DNA of 64,000 nt from Parcubacteria group bacterium. GTDB taxonomy: Bacteria; Patescibacteriota; Patescibacteriia; UBA2169. Below are positions 1 through 9,866 of the stretch, in pieces (positions within the stretch are counted from its first letter, which is position 1; the number at the start of each line of letters is the position of its first letter). Where the stretch lies: positions 31,664-95,663 of the forward strand of contig JACOYR010000006.1 in the NCBI GenBank assembly GCA_016181765.1. Direction: 5' to 3'. A model generated the notes under the pieces. The model was not told the DNA's origin. It searched no databases and saw nothing but the letters and a program-made list of their open reading frames with translations. A program made the position numbers and the translations under genes.

Positions 1-466
1 TGATCTGGACCTTGGTGACATTCACGCCCTGGGATGCCAAAAGACGCGCAAATGACATGCCAAGCACGTTGTTTCGCACGTGCCCCAAGTGCAGAGGCTT
101 ATTGGTGTTGGGGGATGAATACTCAAGCAGCAGCTTGTGCGCGCTCCCGCGTGATTCGCCGTAGCGCTTGTCTTGTTTGATAACCTCTGACACTGCCTCC
201 TGCGCGAGCACCTTGCCCGCAACCGTGATGTTCAAATATCCGGCCACTGCTTCCGCCTTGGTGATTGCCTGGTGTTTGATTGCGGCCGCGAGCTGGGCCG
301 CAACATCCTGCGGAGATTTCTTCAGTTCCTTTGCATACCCATGGCACGCAACGCTAAAATCCCCGAACCCTGGATCTGGGTTCGCCAAAATAATCTCATC
401 CGGCTCCCAGATGAAAACAGCCTTGAACGCTCTCCGAATTTCTTGAGTAATGGCGCCTGTAATCAT
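1..466 (-). CDS. argS: Arginine--tRNA ligase, N-terminal part (runs off window start)
   Basis: Not in the ORF track. Manual translation from ATG at 466 gives MITGAITQEIRRAF...FGDFSVAC...GYLNI...LLLEYSSPNTNKPLHLGHVRNNVLG, the ArgRS HIGH-motif region. Confidence 0.95.
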   Translation of the reverse strand, partial: MITGAITQEIRRAFKAVFIWEPDEIILANPDPGFGDFSVACHGYAKELKKSPQDVAAQLAAAIKHQAITKAEAVAGYLNITVAGKVLAQEAVSEVIKQDKRYGESRGSAHKLLLEYSSPNTNKPLHLGHVRNNVLGMSFARLLASQGVNVTKVQI

Positions 467-526
467 ACCGAAAAACTACCACAAAATCGGAAAAAACGCG
501 AGAGTATGGTATACTGGTACGCGGAT

Positions 527-1780
527 ATGGCCAAACCCAACACAACCTATGCAACAATCCTGGGAGCGGCGCTTCTTGCGGCGTGCCTGCCGCTTGCTGC
601 GCGCGCGCAATCCGAAACCATTCTCTCACAGTACGTGCCAAAGCAGGCGCTCGCGCAGGGCTTCGCCATGCAAACGCCTGCGGGCGATGCCCGCGCCGCA
701 GTTGCGCCCGACACCATCACGCACGGCGCGTTCGCGGAGCTCATCGCACCGGAGTACTACCCCGCCCTGCCGCTTGATAAATCCCTCGTCTCGCGGGTCT
801 ACCACTACGCGCTCCTTCCGGCAAGCGGAAACAAGCTCTCTGCCGGCATTACGCTTGAGTTCTCCTACCCGGAAACCGAGGCGCGGTTCAAAGAAATCTA
901 CCTCTACAACCAGGAGCTTGGAAAGTGGCGGCACCTCGCCGGCACGATTGACCCGTTGATGCGCACCGTGGCCGCATCCACGGACTGGGCAAGCGGATTT
1001 ATTGCGGTGTTCGCGGACCACCTGGACCAGGGCGAGTACCTCAAGGAAAAGCTGGGAGCGCCAAGCATACTGGTGGCGGACGCCAAAACCGGAGAAGTGC
1101 TCCTGGAGCGCGCAAGTGGCGTAAAGCGGCCCATCGCGAGCCTCACCAAGCTCATGACTGCGACTGAATTTTTGGAACACAATCCGGGCTGGGACTCCCG
1201 CGTGGCAATGGTTGCTTCGGACGACACCATCCCCGCAAAAATTTACGCTCGGGCCGGAGACGTGTTTACGGCGCGCGATTTGTTCTATGCCACGCTCCTT
1301 AAAAGCGCAAACAACGCGGCGCGGGCGCTCGCGCGCTCAACCGGGCTTTCAAGCGGCGAATTCGTGGCAGGCATGAACGAGAAAGCCAAAGCCTTGGACA
1401 TGCAGGATACGTCGTTTTCGGAGCCAACCGGGCTCTCTGCTGAAAACGTCTCTACGGCGCAGGACCTCTACGCGCTCTCGCGGCACGTTTTCTCGGACAT
1501 ACTGTTCCTCAAGGCAACCACCCCTAAAGCGCTCACCATCGCAGCAGTAAACTCCGGCAAGCGGCACGTGCTGGAAAACACCAATAAAGCCATTGACGTT
1601 CCATACGTGGTCATCGGCTCCAAAACCGGCTACACCGTGGAAGCCGGGCGCAACGTGATCATGAAAGCGAGGAACAAGGCCGGGCGCGAGGTGATTGCCA
1701 TCACCCTGGGCGGAGCATCGCCGGGCGGCCAGTGGGACGACATGCGATTACTCTTGGATGCCGCGCTCGGCAACTTGTGA
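527..1780 (+). CDS. D-alanyl-D-alanine carboxypeptidase (peptidase S11) with signal peptide and extra N-terminal domain
   Basis: Motifs SLTK (SxxK), SAN (SxN) and KTG; signal peptide MAKPNTTYATILGAALLAACLPLAARA; TGGTATACT just upstream of ATG 527. Confidence 0.88.
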   Translation: MAKPNTTYATILGAALLAACLPLAARAQSETILSQYVPKQALAQGFAMQTPAGDARAAVAPDTITHGAFAELIAPEYYPALPLDKSLVSRVYHYALLPASGNKLSAGITLEFSYPETEARFKEIYLYNQELGKWRHLAGTIDPLMRTVAASTDWASGFIAVFADHLDQGEYLKEKLGAPSILVADAKTGEVLLERASGVKRPIASLTKLMTATEFLEHNPGWDSRVAMVASDDTIPAKIYARAGDVFTARDLFYATLLKSANNAARALARSTGLSSGEFVAGMNEKAKALDMQDTSFSEPTGLSAENVSTAQDLYALSRHVFSDILFLKATTPKALTIAAVNSGKRHVLENTNKAIDVPYVVIGSKTGYTVEAGRNVIMKARNKAGREVIAITLGGASPGGQWDDMRLLLDAALGNL

Positions 1781-1801
1781 TATACTGACAAAAAAGGGGG
1801 T

Positions 1802-2875
1802 ATGCCGACAGATATAAAAATACAAACAACCAGCTCGTTGGATGCGCTGTTCAAAACAGCGGTGGAGCAAAAAGCTTCTGATTTGCATTTGGTGGTGGGT
1901 CGCCCGCCCATCATCCGCGTGGACGGCGCGCTCAAAACCATAGGAGGGCAGCCAACGCTCGCCCAAGAACGCATGCAGGCGCTCCTGTTCGCCATTGTGA
2001 GCGAGCCGCAAAAACAAAAACTCCTGACCCAGCGCGATTTGGACATGTCGTATGAGATAGAGGGCCTGGCGCGCTTCCGCGTGAACATGCATTGGGAAAA
2101 GGGGAACCTCGGGCTTGTTGCGCGCGTGGTCACGCGCAGGATTCCTACCATGGAGGAGATTACCATGCCCAAGGCAGCCTACCAGCTCGCACGATTGAAT
2201 GACGGATTGATCCTCGTGACCGGGCCGACCGGCTGCGGCAAGTCAACCACTTTGGCGGCAATGATCAACTTGATCAATGCGGAGCGCAACGCGCATATCG
2301 TGACCTTGGAGGACCCCATTGAGTTCATTTTTGAGCCGACCGACTCCATCATCAAGCAACGCGAGCTCGGCAGCGATGTGCTCACGTTCGCCTCGGGCCT
2401 CAAGCACACCCTGCGCCAGGACCCGGACGTTATCATGGTGGGCGAGATGCGGGATTTGGAAACCATTGCCGCCACCATGACATTGGCGGAAACCGGGCAT
2501 TTGGTGCTCGCCACCCTGCACACCATCAACGCGGCCCAGACCGTGGACCGCATCATAGACGTGTTCCCGCCGTACCAGCAGGACCAGATCCGGGTGCAGC
2601 TCTCCATGTCTTTGCGCGGGGTCATCTCCCAGCGGCTCCTCGCCAAGCAAGGCGGCGGCCGCACCGCGTCCCGCGAAATTCTCATTAATAATTCGGCCGT
2701 TGCAAACCTGATCCGCGAGAACAAAATCGCGCAGATCAAAACTGTCATCCAAACCTCCGCGGAGCTCGGCATGGTCACCATGGACCAGGACATCAAACGG
2801 CTCTATAAGGCAGGAGCTATCTCCAAAGAAACTGCAACGAGCAACATGCTTGACCCGCGGACTCTTTCTACGTAA
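1802..2875 (+). CDS. pilT: Type IV pilus retraction ATPase PilT
   Basis: ASDLHL, Walker A GPTGCGKSTT, TLEDPIE, LRQDPDVIMVGEMRD, AETGHLVLATLHT, ANLIRENK. Confidence 0.95.
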   Translation: MPTDIKIQTTSSLDALFKTAVEQKASDLHLVVGRPPIIRVDGALKTIGGQPTLAQERMQALLFAIVSEPQKQKLLTQRDLDMSYEIEGLARFRVNMHWEKGNLGLVARVVTRRIPTMEEITMPKAAYQLARLNDGLILVTGPTGCGKSTTLAAMINLINAERNAHIVTLEDPIEFIFEPTDSIIKQRELGSDVLTFASGLKHTLRQDPDVIMVGEMRDLETIAATMTLAETGHLVLATLHTINAAQTVDRIIDVFPPYQQDQIRVQLSMSLRGVISQRLLAKQGGGRTASREILINNSAVANLIRENKIAQIKTVIQTSAELGMVTMDQDIKRLYKAGAISKETATSNMLDPRTLST

Positions 2876-3828
2876 TGGAAACCGCCGCCCTACAATCCAT
2901 CCCCCTGTTTGCTGGCGTCTCCCCCGAGGAACTCGCGGCCGTGCAGGCGCTGTGTGAGCGCCGAGAGTACTCCCTGGGCCAAAGCATGTACCGCGCCGGA
3001 GAACTGAGCGAGCGCCTGTATGTGGTGGCTTCGGGCAGCGTGGTGGTCACCCACCAGCTGGATGGAGGCATAGTAACCCTGGCGCGATTAGGCGAGGGGT
3101 ACTTTTTCGGGGAGGCCGGGCTCCTCAAGGCAAGCCAGACCCACCAGAGCGAGGCGCGGGCCGAAACCGACAACACGGAAATCCTTTCTTTGAGTAGAAA
3201 AAACTTTTTGGCGCTTGAACAAGAACACCCGAAAGCCGCGCTTGGCATTGTCCAAAAAATCGCATCCGTGCTCTCGGAGCGCCTCACCGAAGACACCACG
3301 CGCATTGCCATCATCTCGGCCATCAGTGATTTAATTACCGACCCCAAGCATCTCAATAACATCAAGCTGCTGGCGAGCGAAATACTTGCCATAACCATAC
3401 GCGCCATTCCCAGCCACACCGCATTCCTCGGGCTGTACAAGCGCGAGGACCGGGAGCTTGTGGACATCGTTGCCGGCATCAACGTCACCCCAAAGCATTT
3501 GCCCATGACCCTGCCCATTGACAGCGACGCGTACCTGCACAAACTGCACACCGAGGACGGGGAACTGGCGGTCCCCTCGGGCCGATACGAAAAACAGAAA
3601 AAAGTCTTTTACGCAAAAAAGAACCTGCTCGGCCGCTCCATCAGCATTGAGGGCGAAAACATCGGCCTGCTCGTGCTCGCGGATAAGGCCCGCGGCGAAT
3701 TTTCCAACCAGAACCGCTTGATGCTCGCCATCATTGCGGGCCAGATCGCGTTTGCGCTGGAAGAAGCGCGCACCCGGCAGGAGAAGCGGGCGCAGGAAGA
3801 GCTCAAGCGCGAGTACGTGGGCATGTAG
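2875..3828 (+). CDS. Cyclic-nucleotide-binding (cNMP) + GAF domain protein
   Basis: N-terminal LQSIPLFAG...LYVVASGSV...GEGYFFGEAGLL (CRP-like cNMP domain); C-terminal IGLLVLADK..GEFS....MLAIIAGQIAFALE (GAF). TAATG overlap with pilT. Confidence 0.8.
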   Translation: METAALQSIPLFAGVSPEELAAVQALCERREYSLGQSMYRAGELSERLYVVASGSVVVTHQLDGGIVTLARLGEGYFFGEAGLLKASQTHQSEARAETDNTEILSLSRKNFLALEQEHPKAALGIVQKIASVLSERLTEDTTRIAIISAISDLITDPKHLNNIKLLASEILAITIRAIPSHTAFLGLYKREDRELVDIVAGINVTPKHLPMTLPIDSDAYLHKLHTEDGELAVPSGRYEKQKKVFYAKKNLLGRSISIEGENIGLLVLADKARGEFSNQNRLMLAIIAGQIAFALEEARTRQEKRAQEELKREYVGM

Positions 3829-3900
3829 CGGTTGATTTTTCTATTATGGTATGATACGGTATGATGTACTTTTGATGCGCGTACCCCTCTCCCCCGGCAC

Positions 3901-3977
3901 GCACCCTTAGCTCAGCGGATTAGAGCGACTGGCTTCGGACCAGTAGGTCGGGGGTTCGAATCCCTCAGGGTGCACCA
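3901..3977 (+). tRNA. tRNA-Arg(TCG)
   Basis: Acceptor GCACCCT/AGGGTGC, anticodon arm ACTGG-CTTCGGA-CCAGT, GGTTCGAATCC, CCA end. Confidence 0.95.
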
Positions 3978-3978
3978 C

Positions 3979-4053
3979 GCCCCCATAACTTAGTTGGTAA
4001 AGTAGCCGGCTCTTAACCGGAAGTCCTAGGTTCGAGTCCTAGTGGGGGCACCA
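3979..4053 (+). tRNA. tRNA-Lys(CTT)
   Basis: Acceptor GCCCCCA/TGGGGGC, anticodon loop CTCTTAA, GGTTCGAGTCC, CCA end; 1 nt after tRNA-Arg. Confidence 0.93.
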
Positions 4054-4085
4054 AAAAACACCCGCCTTACCGGCGGGTGTTTTTT
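4053..4085. terminator. Bidirectional intrinsic terminator
   Basis: AAAAAACACCCGCC-TTACC-GGCGGGTGTTTTTT between the convergent tRNA pair and HU. Confidence 0.85.
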
Positions 4086-4094
4086 GATTTCAAA

Positions 4095-4460
4095 TTATTG
4101 GGCCGCGGGCGGGTTCTGCGGCTGTGAGGATGGCGCAGCAACAAGCGGCGAGCTCGCGCGGGGCGCCCCTTTGAGCGCGTCTTTCAGCGTCTTGCCTGCC
4201 TTGAACTTAGGGACAATGACCGTAGGAATTTTAATGCGCTCGCTCGGCTTCTGCGGGTTCACGCCCATGCGGCTCCCGCGCGTGCGCGAAATAAACGAAC
4301 CAAAGCCCGTAAGCACGGCTTCCTTGCCCGCGCGCATGGCGTCTATGACCACATGCACAAAAGCATCCATCACGTCTTCGGCCTCTTTCCGCGAAACATT
4401 GGCGCGGGACGCGATTTTCTCCAGCAGCTGATCTTTGTTGATTTTGTTTGGGTTAGCCAT
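4095..4460 (-). CDS. hup: HU family DNA-binding protein with Pro/Ala-rich C-terminal tail
   Basis: NKDQLLEKIA...LTGFGSF...RMGVNPQ....IKIP...VPKFKAGKTLKDAL. Confidence 0.92.
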   Translation of the reverse strand: MANPNKINKDQLLEKIASRANVSRKEAEDVMDAFVHVVIDAMRAGKEAVLTGFGSFISRTRGSRMGVNPQKPSERIKIPTVIVPKFKAGKTLKDALKGAPRASSPLVAAPSSQPQNPPAAQ

Positions 4461-4511
4461 AATTCTAACTCCATTGTATACCAACCGGCCGCGCCTGGCA
4501 ACACGGGCGGC

Positions 4512-5303
4512 CTAGACCTCAACCTCCGCGTCCAAACGGACGATGGAGGAGGCTGTGCCGGTCTTTGCGTCCACCTCAAGCACCACGGCATTCACTTGCC
4601 CAACGCCGTGCTCGTCTATCTCGTGCTTGGCGGGCATCTGGTCCAGAAACTGCCGCACGCGGCTCTCCCGAGAATCGCCGATTACCGAATCCCGCATGCC
4701 GCACATGCCTGCGTCCGTGACGTATGCAGTGCCCTGCAAAAGGAGCCGCGCGTCTGCGGTCGGCACGTGCGAGTGCGTGCCAATGACCGCGGAGACCCTG
4801 CCATCCGCGTGCCAGCCGAATGCCTGCTTTTCGCTCGTTGCCTCGGCGTGAAAGTCAACGACCACGACCTTTACCTTGGATCCGATCTCGCCAAGAATCC
4901 TGTCCAGCGCCTCAAACGGAGAATTGCTCTGCGTGCGCACGAACACCTGCCCGATGAGGTTTATGATTGCGACTTTGGTGGTTCCAACCTCAATGGTGCG
5001 CCACCCCTGGCCCGGGGTGCGGCCGAGCCAATTGGCGGGACGGATGACGGGGTGTGTTTTGCCGGAGAACAGAATCATTCCATCGTCTTGGTCGGGCCAG
5101 TGGTTGCCGCTCGTAAAAAAATCAACCCCGGCCTTTTGCATCTCCTCAAATCCGGACATGCTAAAGCCTTTGCCGTGCGCCATGTTCTCGCCGTTTGCTA
5201 TCACCAAATCAAAATCATGCGCTACTTTCCACGCGGGCAATACTCGGGCCACGGCCCTGCGGCCGGGCTTGCCGTCTATGTCGCCTAAAAACAGTATTTT
5301 CAT
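4512..5303 (-). CDS. YmdB/TIGR00282-family metallophosphoesterase
   Basis: MKILFLGDIDGKPGR, IANGEN, TSGNH, DFHAEATSEK, GTHSHVPTAD, YVTDAGMCG. Confidence 0.92.
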   Translation of the reverse strand: MKILFLGDIDGKPGRRAVARVLPAWKVAHDFDLVIANGENMAHGKGFSMSGFEEMQKAGVDFFTSGNHWPDQDDGMILFSGKTHPVIRPANWLGRTPGQGWRTIEVGTTKVAIINLIGQVFVRTQSNSPFEALDRILGEIGSKVKVVVVDFHAEATSEKQAFGWHADGRVSAVIGTHSHVPTADARLLLQGTAYVTDAGMCGMRDSVIGDSRESRVRQFLDQMPAKHEIDEHGVGQVNAVVLEVDAKTGTASSIVRLDAEVEV

Positions 5304-5350
5304 GCGCATGGAGTATACCAGATGAGCCGCAATTATGCTAGACTCACCCT

Positions 5351-6981
5351 ATGAAACACGCGCCCGCGCTCGCACTCGCCGCATTCCTGCTGGCGCTCTA
5401 GAGGACAGCGGAGAGTTTGTGGCGGCGAGCCACACGCTCTCCATCCCGCACCCGTCCGGGTATCCGACCTATCTTCTGACCGCAAAACTCGCCTCACTGG
5501 TTCCGTTTTTGCCTACGGTTGTTGAACGCGTCAATTTCGTGTCCGCCATCTGGACCATCGCGGCCGCGGTGCTCTTGTACTATGCCCTGGCAGGGCTGTT
5601 TGCGAGCCGCCTCATCGCCTCTTCGCTTGCGCTCCTCTTCGCCACAAGCCCAATGGTCTGGCAACAGGCAACCTATGCGGAAGTGTATTCATTGAACACG
5701 TTTTTTTTCGTCTTGTTGCTCTGGTCAGGGCTCTGCTACGTTAAACGTAAGACCAACAAACGGCTGTGCCTGTTTTTCTTTGTGTACGGATTAAGCCTCA
5801 CCAACCACTTTTTGCCGCTTGTTCTCTCGCCGCTCATTATCATCTGGCTCCTCAAGGAGCGTCCTTTGACCAAAAGCATAGTACTCTACCTCAAAGCATT
5901 CAGCGCATGGCTTCTCGGGCTTGTCCCTTATCTCTACATTCCCATCCGGAACCAGATGGACCCCGCATTCTCCTGGTTCGGCGGCAACGCGGAAAAAATC
6001 CTCACTTACAATATCGCCTACGGCTGGCGCCTGAACGAACACACGCTCTCGTACCTCGCTGACGTTGCGCACCAGATGAACATAAGTTTCGGGATGCTCG
6101 GCATTGCCGCATTTGTTGCCGGGATCGGAGTGATGGTGCGCTACCGGCATCCGGCGCGCTTCTGGCTCCTCGCGGTACTCGCCCTGCTCTCCATTGGATT
6201 GGTGATTGTTTTGACAAACGGCAGGCCCTACGCCGAGTTTGAGAGCCAGTTCTACCAGACGCTCTATGTCCCCTTTCTCCTTATGTCGCTCCTGCCTATT
6301 GGATGGCTCCTGCAACAATTAGCACAGAGCACGTATAGGCTCATCATCTTCTACACTACTCTGCTTGCGATTATGGCGTGGCCCGCAATTGACCTCGGCA
6401 ATCGGTTCCTAAAAAATGACCGTTCGGACTACGTGCTCATGGAAAATTACACGCGGGGACTGCTTGAATCACTCCCCGCAGACGGGACGCTGTACAGCCA
6501 CCATGACCACATTCTAAATGACACGCTGGTGTTTGGCCTGGCGTACCAGCAGTATGTGGCCGGAGTGCGGGATGATGTTGCCATTTATTCTCTGACGCCG
6601 GTATTCCCTCCGCCGGACGATTTTCCGCTTGGTGAAAATCGGAAACAAAACTATGAGCCAATACTCAAGCAGTACCTTGATGAGCGCTACGCCCCAGAAG
6701 ACGTCAGCGCCACGTTTCCGCAACCACGGGACGGCATCCCTGCCACGGCCCCGGAAAACTATGCCGCAGACAACTTGTACTTGCCGAGCGTGAATGACAG
6801 CCTCTACCACCGCTCCCTTGTGGCCAAGTACTACTATGACCTCGCCGCGTATACGTACTCCCGAAACAACCTCCCGAGCGGCCAGCGCTTCTTGGTGCAG
6901 GCCATTGAATATGATCCGGACCAGTTCAGCGATTACTACTACCAAACCTTAGCCATGCGCAGCTACTATTTTGACAATTGA
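5351..6981 (+). CDS. DUF2723/TMEM260-like membrane glycosyltransferase (GT-C fold); frame break near 5400
   Basis: EDSGEF....TLSIPHPSGYPTY, QATYAEVYSLN, GLSLTNH, YLYIPIR motifs. The true N-terminus MKHAPALALAAFLLAL (ATG 5351) is in another frame and stops at TAG 5399-5401. Confidence 0.8.
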
Positions 6982-7006
6982 CGGGATGGTAAGATGATAC
7001 TAAAAT
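6978..7006 (+). promoter_or_regulatory. Sigma70-type promoter for the leader/tRNA-Gly transcript
   Basis: TTGACG-N17-TAAAAT ending 13 nt before the structured leader at 7020. Confidence 0.6.
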
Positions 7007-7019
7007 GGTTTTGTCTTTG

Positions 7020-7147
7020 CGGTTTCTCGCTTGGGCCCGAGCGTAGCGAGGGTTAAGCGAGAAACCGAGAGGAGTAGGCGGATGAAGGGTGGAGCGGGCG
7101 AGCGCAAGCTCGCACGCGCAACCCGCAATCCGACTACGACGAGACGA
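7020..7147 (+). repeat. Structured tRNA 5'-flanking element, copy A
   Basis: 13-bp stem CGGTTTCTCGCTT/AAGCGAGAAACCG, then GAGGA-GTAG...CTAC-GACGA long hairpin. Same architecture as 20005-20124, 50729-50847 and 62795-62914; terminal GACGA duplicated. Confidence 0.85.
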
Positions 7148-7221
7148 GCGGGTATCGTATAGTGGCAATACCACAGCTTTCCAAGCTGTTGCCGGGGGTT
7201 CGATTCCCCCTACCCGCTCCA
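7148..7221 (+). tRNA. tRNA-Gly(TCC)
   Basis: Acceptor GCGGGTA/TACCCGC, ACAGC-TTTCCAA-GCTGT, GGTTCGATTCC, CCA. Confidence 0.95.
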
Positions 7222-7267
7222 GGATTCCATTGATTTCATCACTGATCTGTGATACATTTACCGCGTT

Positions 7268-7534
7268 ATGCAAACTGCAGTGCAAACATCCCCAACAGTG
7301 GCGGTGCCAAAAAAAATCCGTGAAAAAGGATTTGTAGTGTTGGGTTTGGACGAGTACGAGGCGCTGAAGAGCGCGGCAATCCCCACCTACCATCTTACCG
7401 GAGCCGCTGCGGAAGAATTGGACCGCGAGGTGGAACAGGCCCTCAAGGAAGACCGGGAAGGCAAGACAATAGAGGCTTCTTCAATACGTGAAGCAATGTC
7501 AGTCTATGATGCACAAGGAGGTATCAAGGATTAA
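7268..7534 (+). CDS. Putative antitoxin
   Basis: Small acidic protein (FVVLGLDEYEAL...LDREVEQALKEDREGKT) overlapping a downstream RelE-like toxin. Confidence 0.65.
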   Translation: MQTAVQTSPTVAVPKKIREKGFVVLGLDEYEALKSAAIPTYHLTGAAAEELDREVEQALKEDREGKTIEASSIREAMSVYDAQGGIKD

Positions 7535-7781
7535 ATACAGTCCGCAATTTTTACGATCAGCCAAAAAACTCCCCCGCCATATTCAGACAAAGCTGGAGGC
7601 GCGGGAGTTGATTTTTAAGAATAACGCTTTTGACACCCGTCTTGAAACGCATAAATTGCACGGCAAAAACCGCGAGGCCTGGGCATACTCCATAGATCAT
7701 AGTTATCGGGTTAAATTTTTATTCAACGACAACGGAAGTGTGTTGTACATCAAGGCCGGCACGCACGATGAGGTGTATTAA
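7506..7781 (+). CDS. RelE/ParE superfamily mRNA interferase toxin
   Basis: IKYSPQFLRSAKKL...RLETHKLHG....WAYSIDHSYRVKF........AGTHDEVY. Confidence 0.85.
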   Translation: MMHKEVSRIKYSPQFLRSAKKLPRHIQTKLEARELIFKNNAFDTRLETHKLHGKNREAWAYSIDHSYRVKFLFNDNGSVLYIKAGTHDEVY

Positions 7782-7850
7782 TTAAACGCACCCGCTCCAC
7801 AATAAAACTTTTTTTAAATTTGCCGACCATTTCGGTGACGGCGCGCCAAA

Positions 7851-8627
7851 ATGAAAACATCTTTTAATGAAAAACAGTTAGAAATTTTGACAGAGCTTGG
7901 ACTTAGTAAAATCCAGGCGATTTTGTATTTAACCTCGCTAAAACACGGAATATTATCTGTTTTGGAATTATCTAAAATCACCAAGATAAATAGACAACAA
8001 ATTTACTCAGAAGCAGAAAAATTAGTTGATCTTGGAATTTACGAGCTGACGCGGAAGCAAGGAAGAAAATATATCCCCGCAAATCCAGCGAAATTAGTAA
8101 AAGTTGGAAAGAAAAAAATTGATGAGACCGAAAAAATTTTAACAAAGTTGTCGGTAATCTTGCCTGAATTTGAGGCTTTTTCAGAACCAAAGAAAAATAA
8201 AGTTGTTGTGAAATATTTTCAGGGTTTGCCAAAAATTAAAGAAACGTATGAAGAAGAATTGGCGGCTTCTAAAAATACAGAAGTTTTATCTCTTGCCGGT
8301 TCAATTGACAATATTTTTGAATTTTTCACTGAATCATACTGGGATAAGTGGAATAAAAAATTTATAAAACATGACTCAAGAAGTCGGATGCTAGTCCACA
8401 ATTCTGATATTGCTCGCAAGACCGCCGAGGATGACAAACGATACAAACGAGAAACTCGGTGGCTTCAGGATTTTCCTCTTAAAGTAAATATTGATGTTTT
8501 CAATAATACTGTTCTTATTGTCTCTTTTCACGACGAAATTGCTATTTGGATTGAAAGCCATATGTTGGCACAATCCTATCGCATAATGTTTAATACTCTT
8601 TGGGAAGTCGCAAAACCCTTCAAATAA
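7851..8627 (+). CDS. TrmB-family transcriptional regulator (AT-rich gene)
   Basis: LTELGLS..QAILY...L...SVLELSK.TKINRQQIY winged HTH; VKYFQG and C-terminal INIxxNxV-type TrmB domain. Visibly more AT-rich than the flanks. Confidence 0.8.
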   Translation: MKTSFNEKQLEILTELGLSKIQAILYLTSLKHGILSVLELSKITKINRQQIYSEAEKLVDLGIYELTRKQGRKYIPANPAKLVKVGKKKIDETEKILTKLSVILPEFEAFSEPKKNKVVVKYFQGLPKIKETYEEELAASKNTEVLSLAGSIDNIFEFFTESYWDKWNKKFIKHDSRSRMLVHNSDIARKTAEDDKRYKRETRWLQDFPLKVNIDVFNNTVLIVSFHDEIAIWIESHMLAQSYRIMFNTLWEVAKPFK

Positions 8628-8791
8628 TAAAAATGTTGTAAAGAAACTTACAACTTTTATACCTTAAATTTCCTTGTATTTACTGACTTATTTGGCGCCT
8701 TCATGGCGTTTTTTCTTTTTTTATTACGCGAATTGGCTAATCGTGAAAAAATCATAGTGAGCAGTACAAACCGCAAACAAAGGAGATTGTT

Positions 8792-8992
8792 ATGCCGCCA
8801 AGTGGATTCAGTGAGAAAGCCGTGAAGGGCGCCCTTGTCTTCGTGCAAAGTTGTTACGAAGACCTGCTGGAGGAAGTTCGCTCCGGAAAGCACGCAAGCT
8901 ACGAGGAGGGTATCGAGTTCGAGATCACACAGATCGAGAAAGCCCTCATAAAGCTCCACATCGACGCCGAGGGGAACCTCGTCGAGCGATAA
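8792..8992 (+). CDS. Small hypothetical protein
   Basis: 66-aa ORF with AAGGAG upstream and a hairpin+T-tract (9006-9035) downstream. Confidence 0.6.
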   Translation: MPPSGFSEKAVKGALVFVQSCYEDLLEEVRSGKHASYEEGIEFEITQIEKALIKLHIDAEGNLVER

Positions 8993-9121
8993 ATTCAACA
9001 GACCCGAGCAAGTCTTAAAACTGCTCTTTTTTATTTGTCTAAATTTTCATACGGGTTGGCGAGGTTTTATTGATGGACATGTTTAAGGTATGCTACCATA
9101 CATGCATAATCACAAACTCCT

Positions 9122-9856
9122 ATGAAACAAAAAATGCTGTCAGCCATATTTATCCTGCTCTTCCCGCTCTTCGGCGTTGCGTACTACTACAAGCTGCTGG
9201 GAGAAAGCACGGACATTGATAAGACGTTCCTGACCCTCTCAACATTCCTATTCGCGCTCTTTACCGGATTTTTTATTTCACGCCAAGCCAGCCGGTATGG
9301 TGAGATACGCAGGCTGACCGCTGATTTTGACGGCAACATGTCCGGCATCTACCGCTTGTTCCAGCATCTGGGAAAAGACGCGCAACACGCGTCCGGAGGC
9401 ATCATCAAAGAGTACTACAAAAAAATAACCAAAAACGGCTGGGACTACTCATTCACCCATAAAACAACCACCATCACCGACCTGCATGCTCTGCTTGAAA
9501 AAACCACCGACAAAAACACGGGCGGCAGCATGGCAAGCATGGCCGCATCCCGGATTATAGTAGGCCTGCAGGAACAGCAAAAAACGAGAAAAAATCTGGT
9601 TACCCTGCGCGAAGAAAGGATTCCGGGATTCCAATGGATGCTCATCTGCATCCTTACCGCAATTCTCGTGCTCACGGTTTCCGCGATCCCGTCAGCGGCG
9701 ATTGTGCTCGGCTCCGCCGTAAAGGCCGCGTTCATCGTATCCATCCTGGTGGTGGTGGCCCTGCTGAAACAACTAGACAATCTTACGCTGTTTACGGGCG
9801 CTATCGGCGAACACTCGGCGCGGGATGTGGTTGAAATTATTGAGGGGAAAAAATAA
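9122..9856 (+). CDS. Membrane protein (DUF4239/bestrophin-like topology)
   Basis: Two N-terminal TM helices, a soluble helical middle, R..RIP...W and two C-terminal TMs ending LKQLDN. Confidence 0.55.
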   Translation: MKQKMLSAIFILLFPLFGVAYYYKLLGESTDIDKTFLTLSTFLFALFTGFFISRQASRYGEIRRLTADFDGNMSGIYRLFQHLGKDAQHASGGIIKEYYKKITKNGWDYSFTHKTTTITDLHALLEKTTDKNTGGSMASMAASRIIVGLQEQQKTRKNLVTLREERIPGFQWMLICILTAILVLTVSAIPSAAIVLGSAVKAAFIVSILVVVALLKQLDNLTLFTGAIGEHSARDVVEIIEGKK

Positions 9857-9866
9857 TCGCAGTCTT

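Noticed and set aside
272-526. Long N-terminal extension of the carboxypeptidase ORF, and upstream extensions of murB, galU, dnaN and rpmH in the ORF track
   Set aside because: The extensions overlap argS, a tRNA or promoter motifs; downstream ATGs match family N-termini.
7080-7100. T-box riboswitch in the tRNA leader (AAGGGTGGAGCG resembles the T-box sequence)
   Set aside because: The motif is not conserved in copies B and D, there is no specifier stem or terminator, and the downstream gene is a tRNA.
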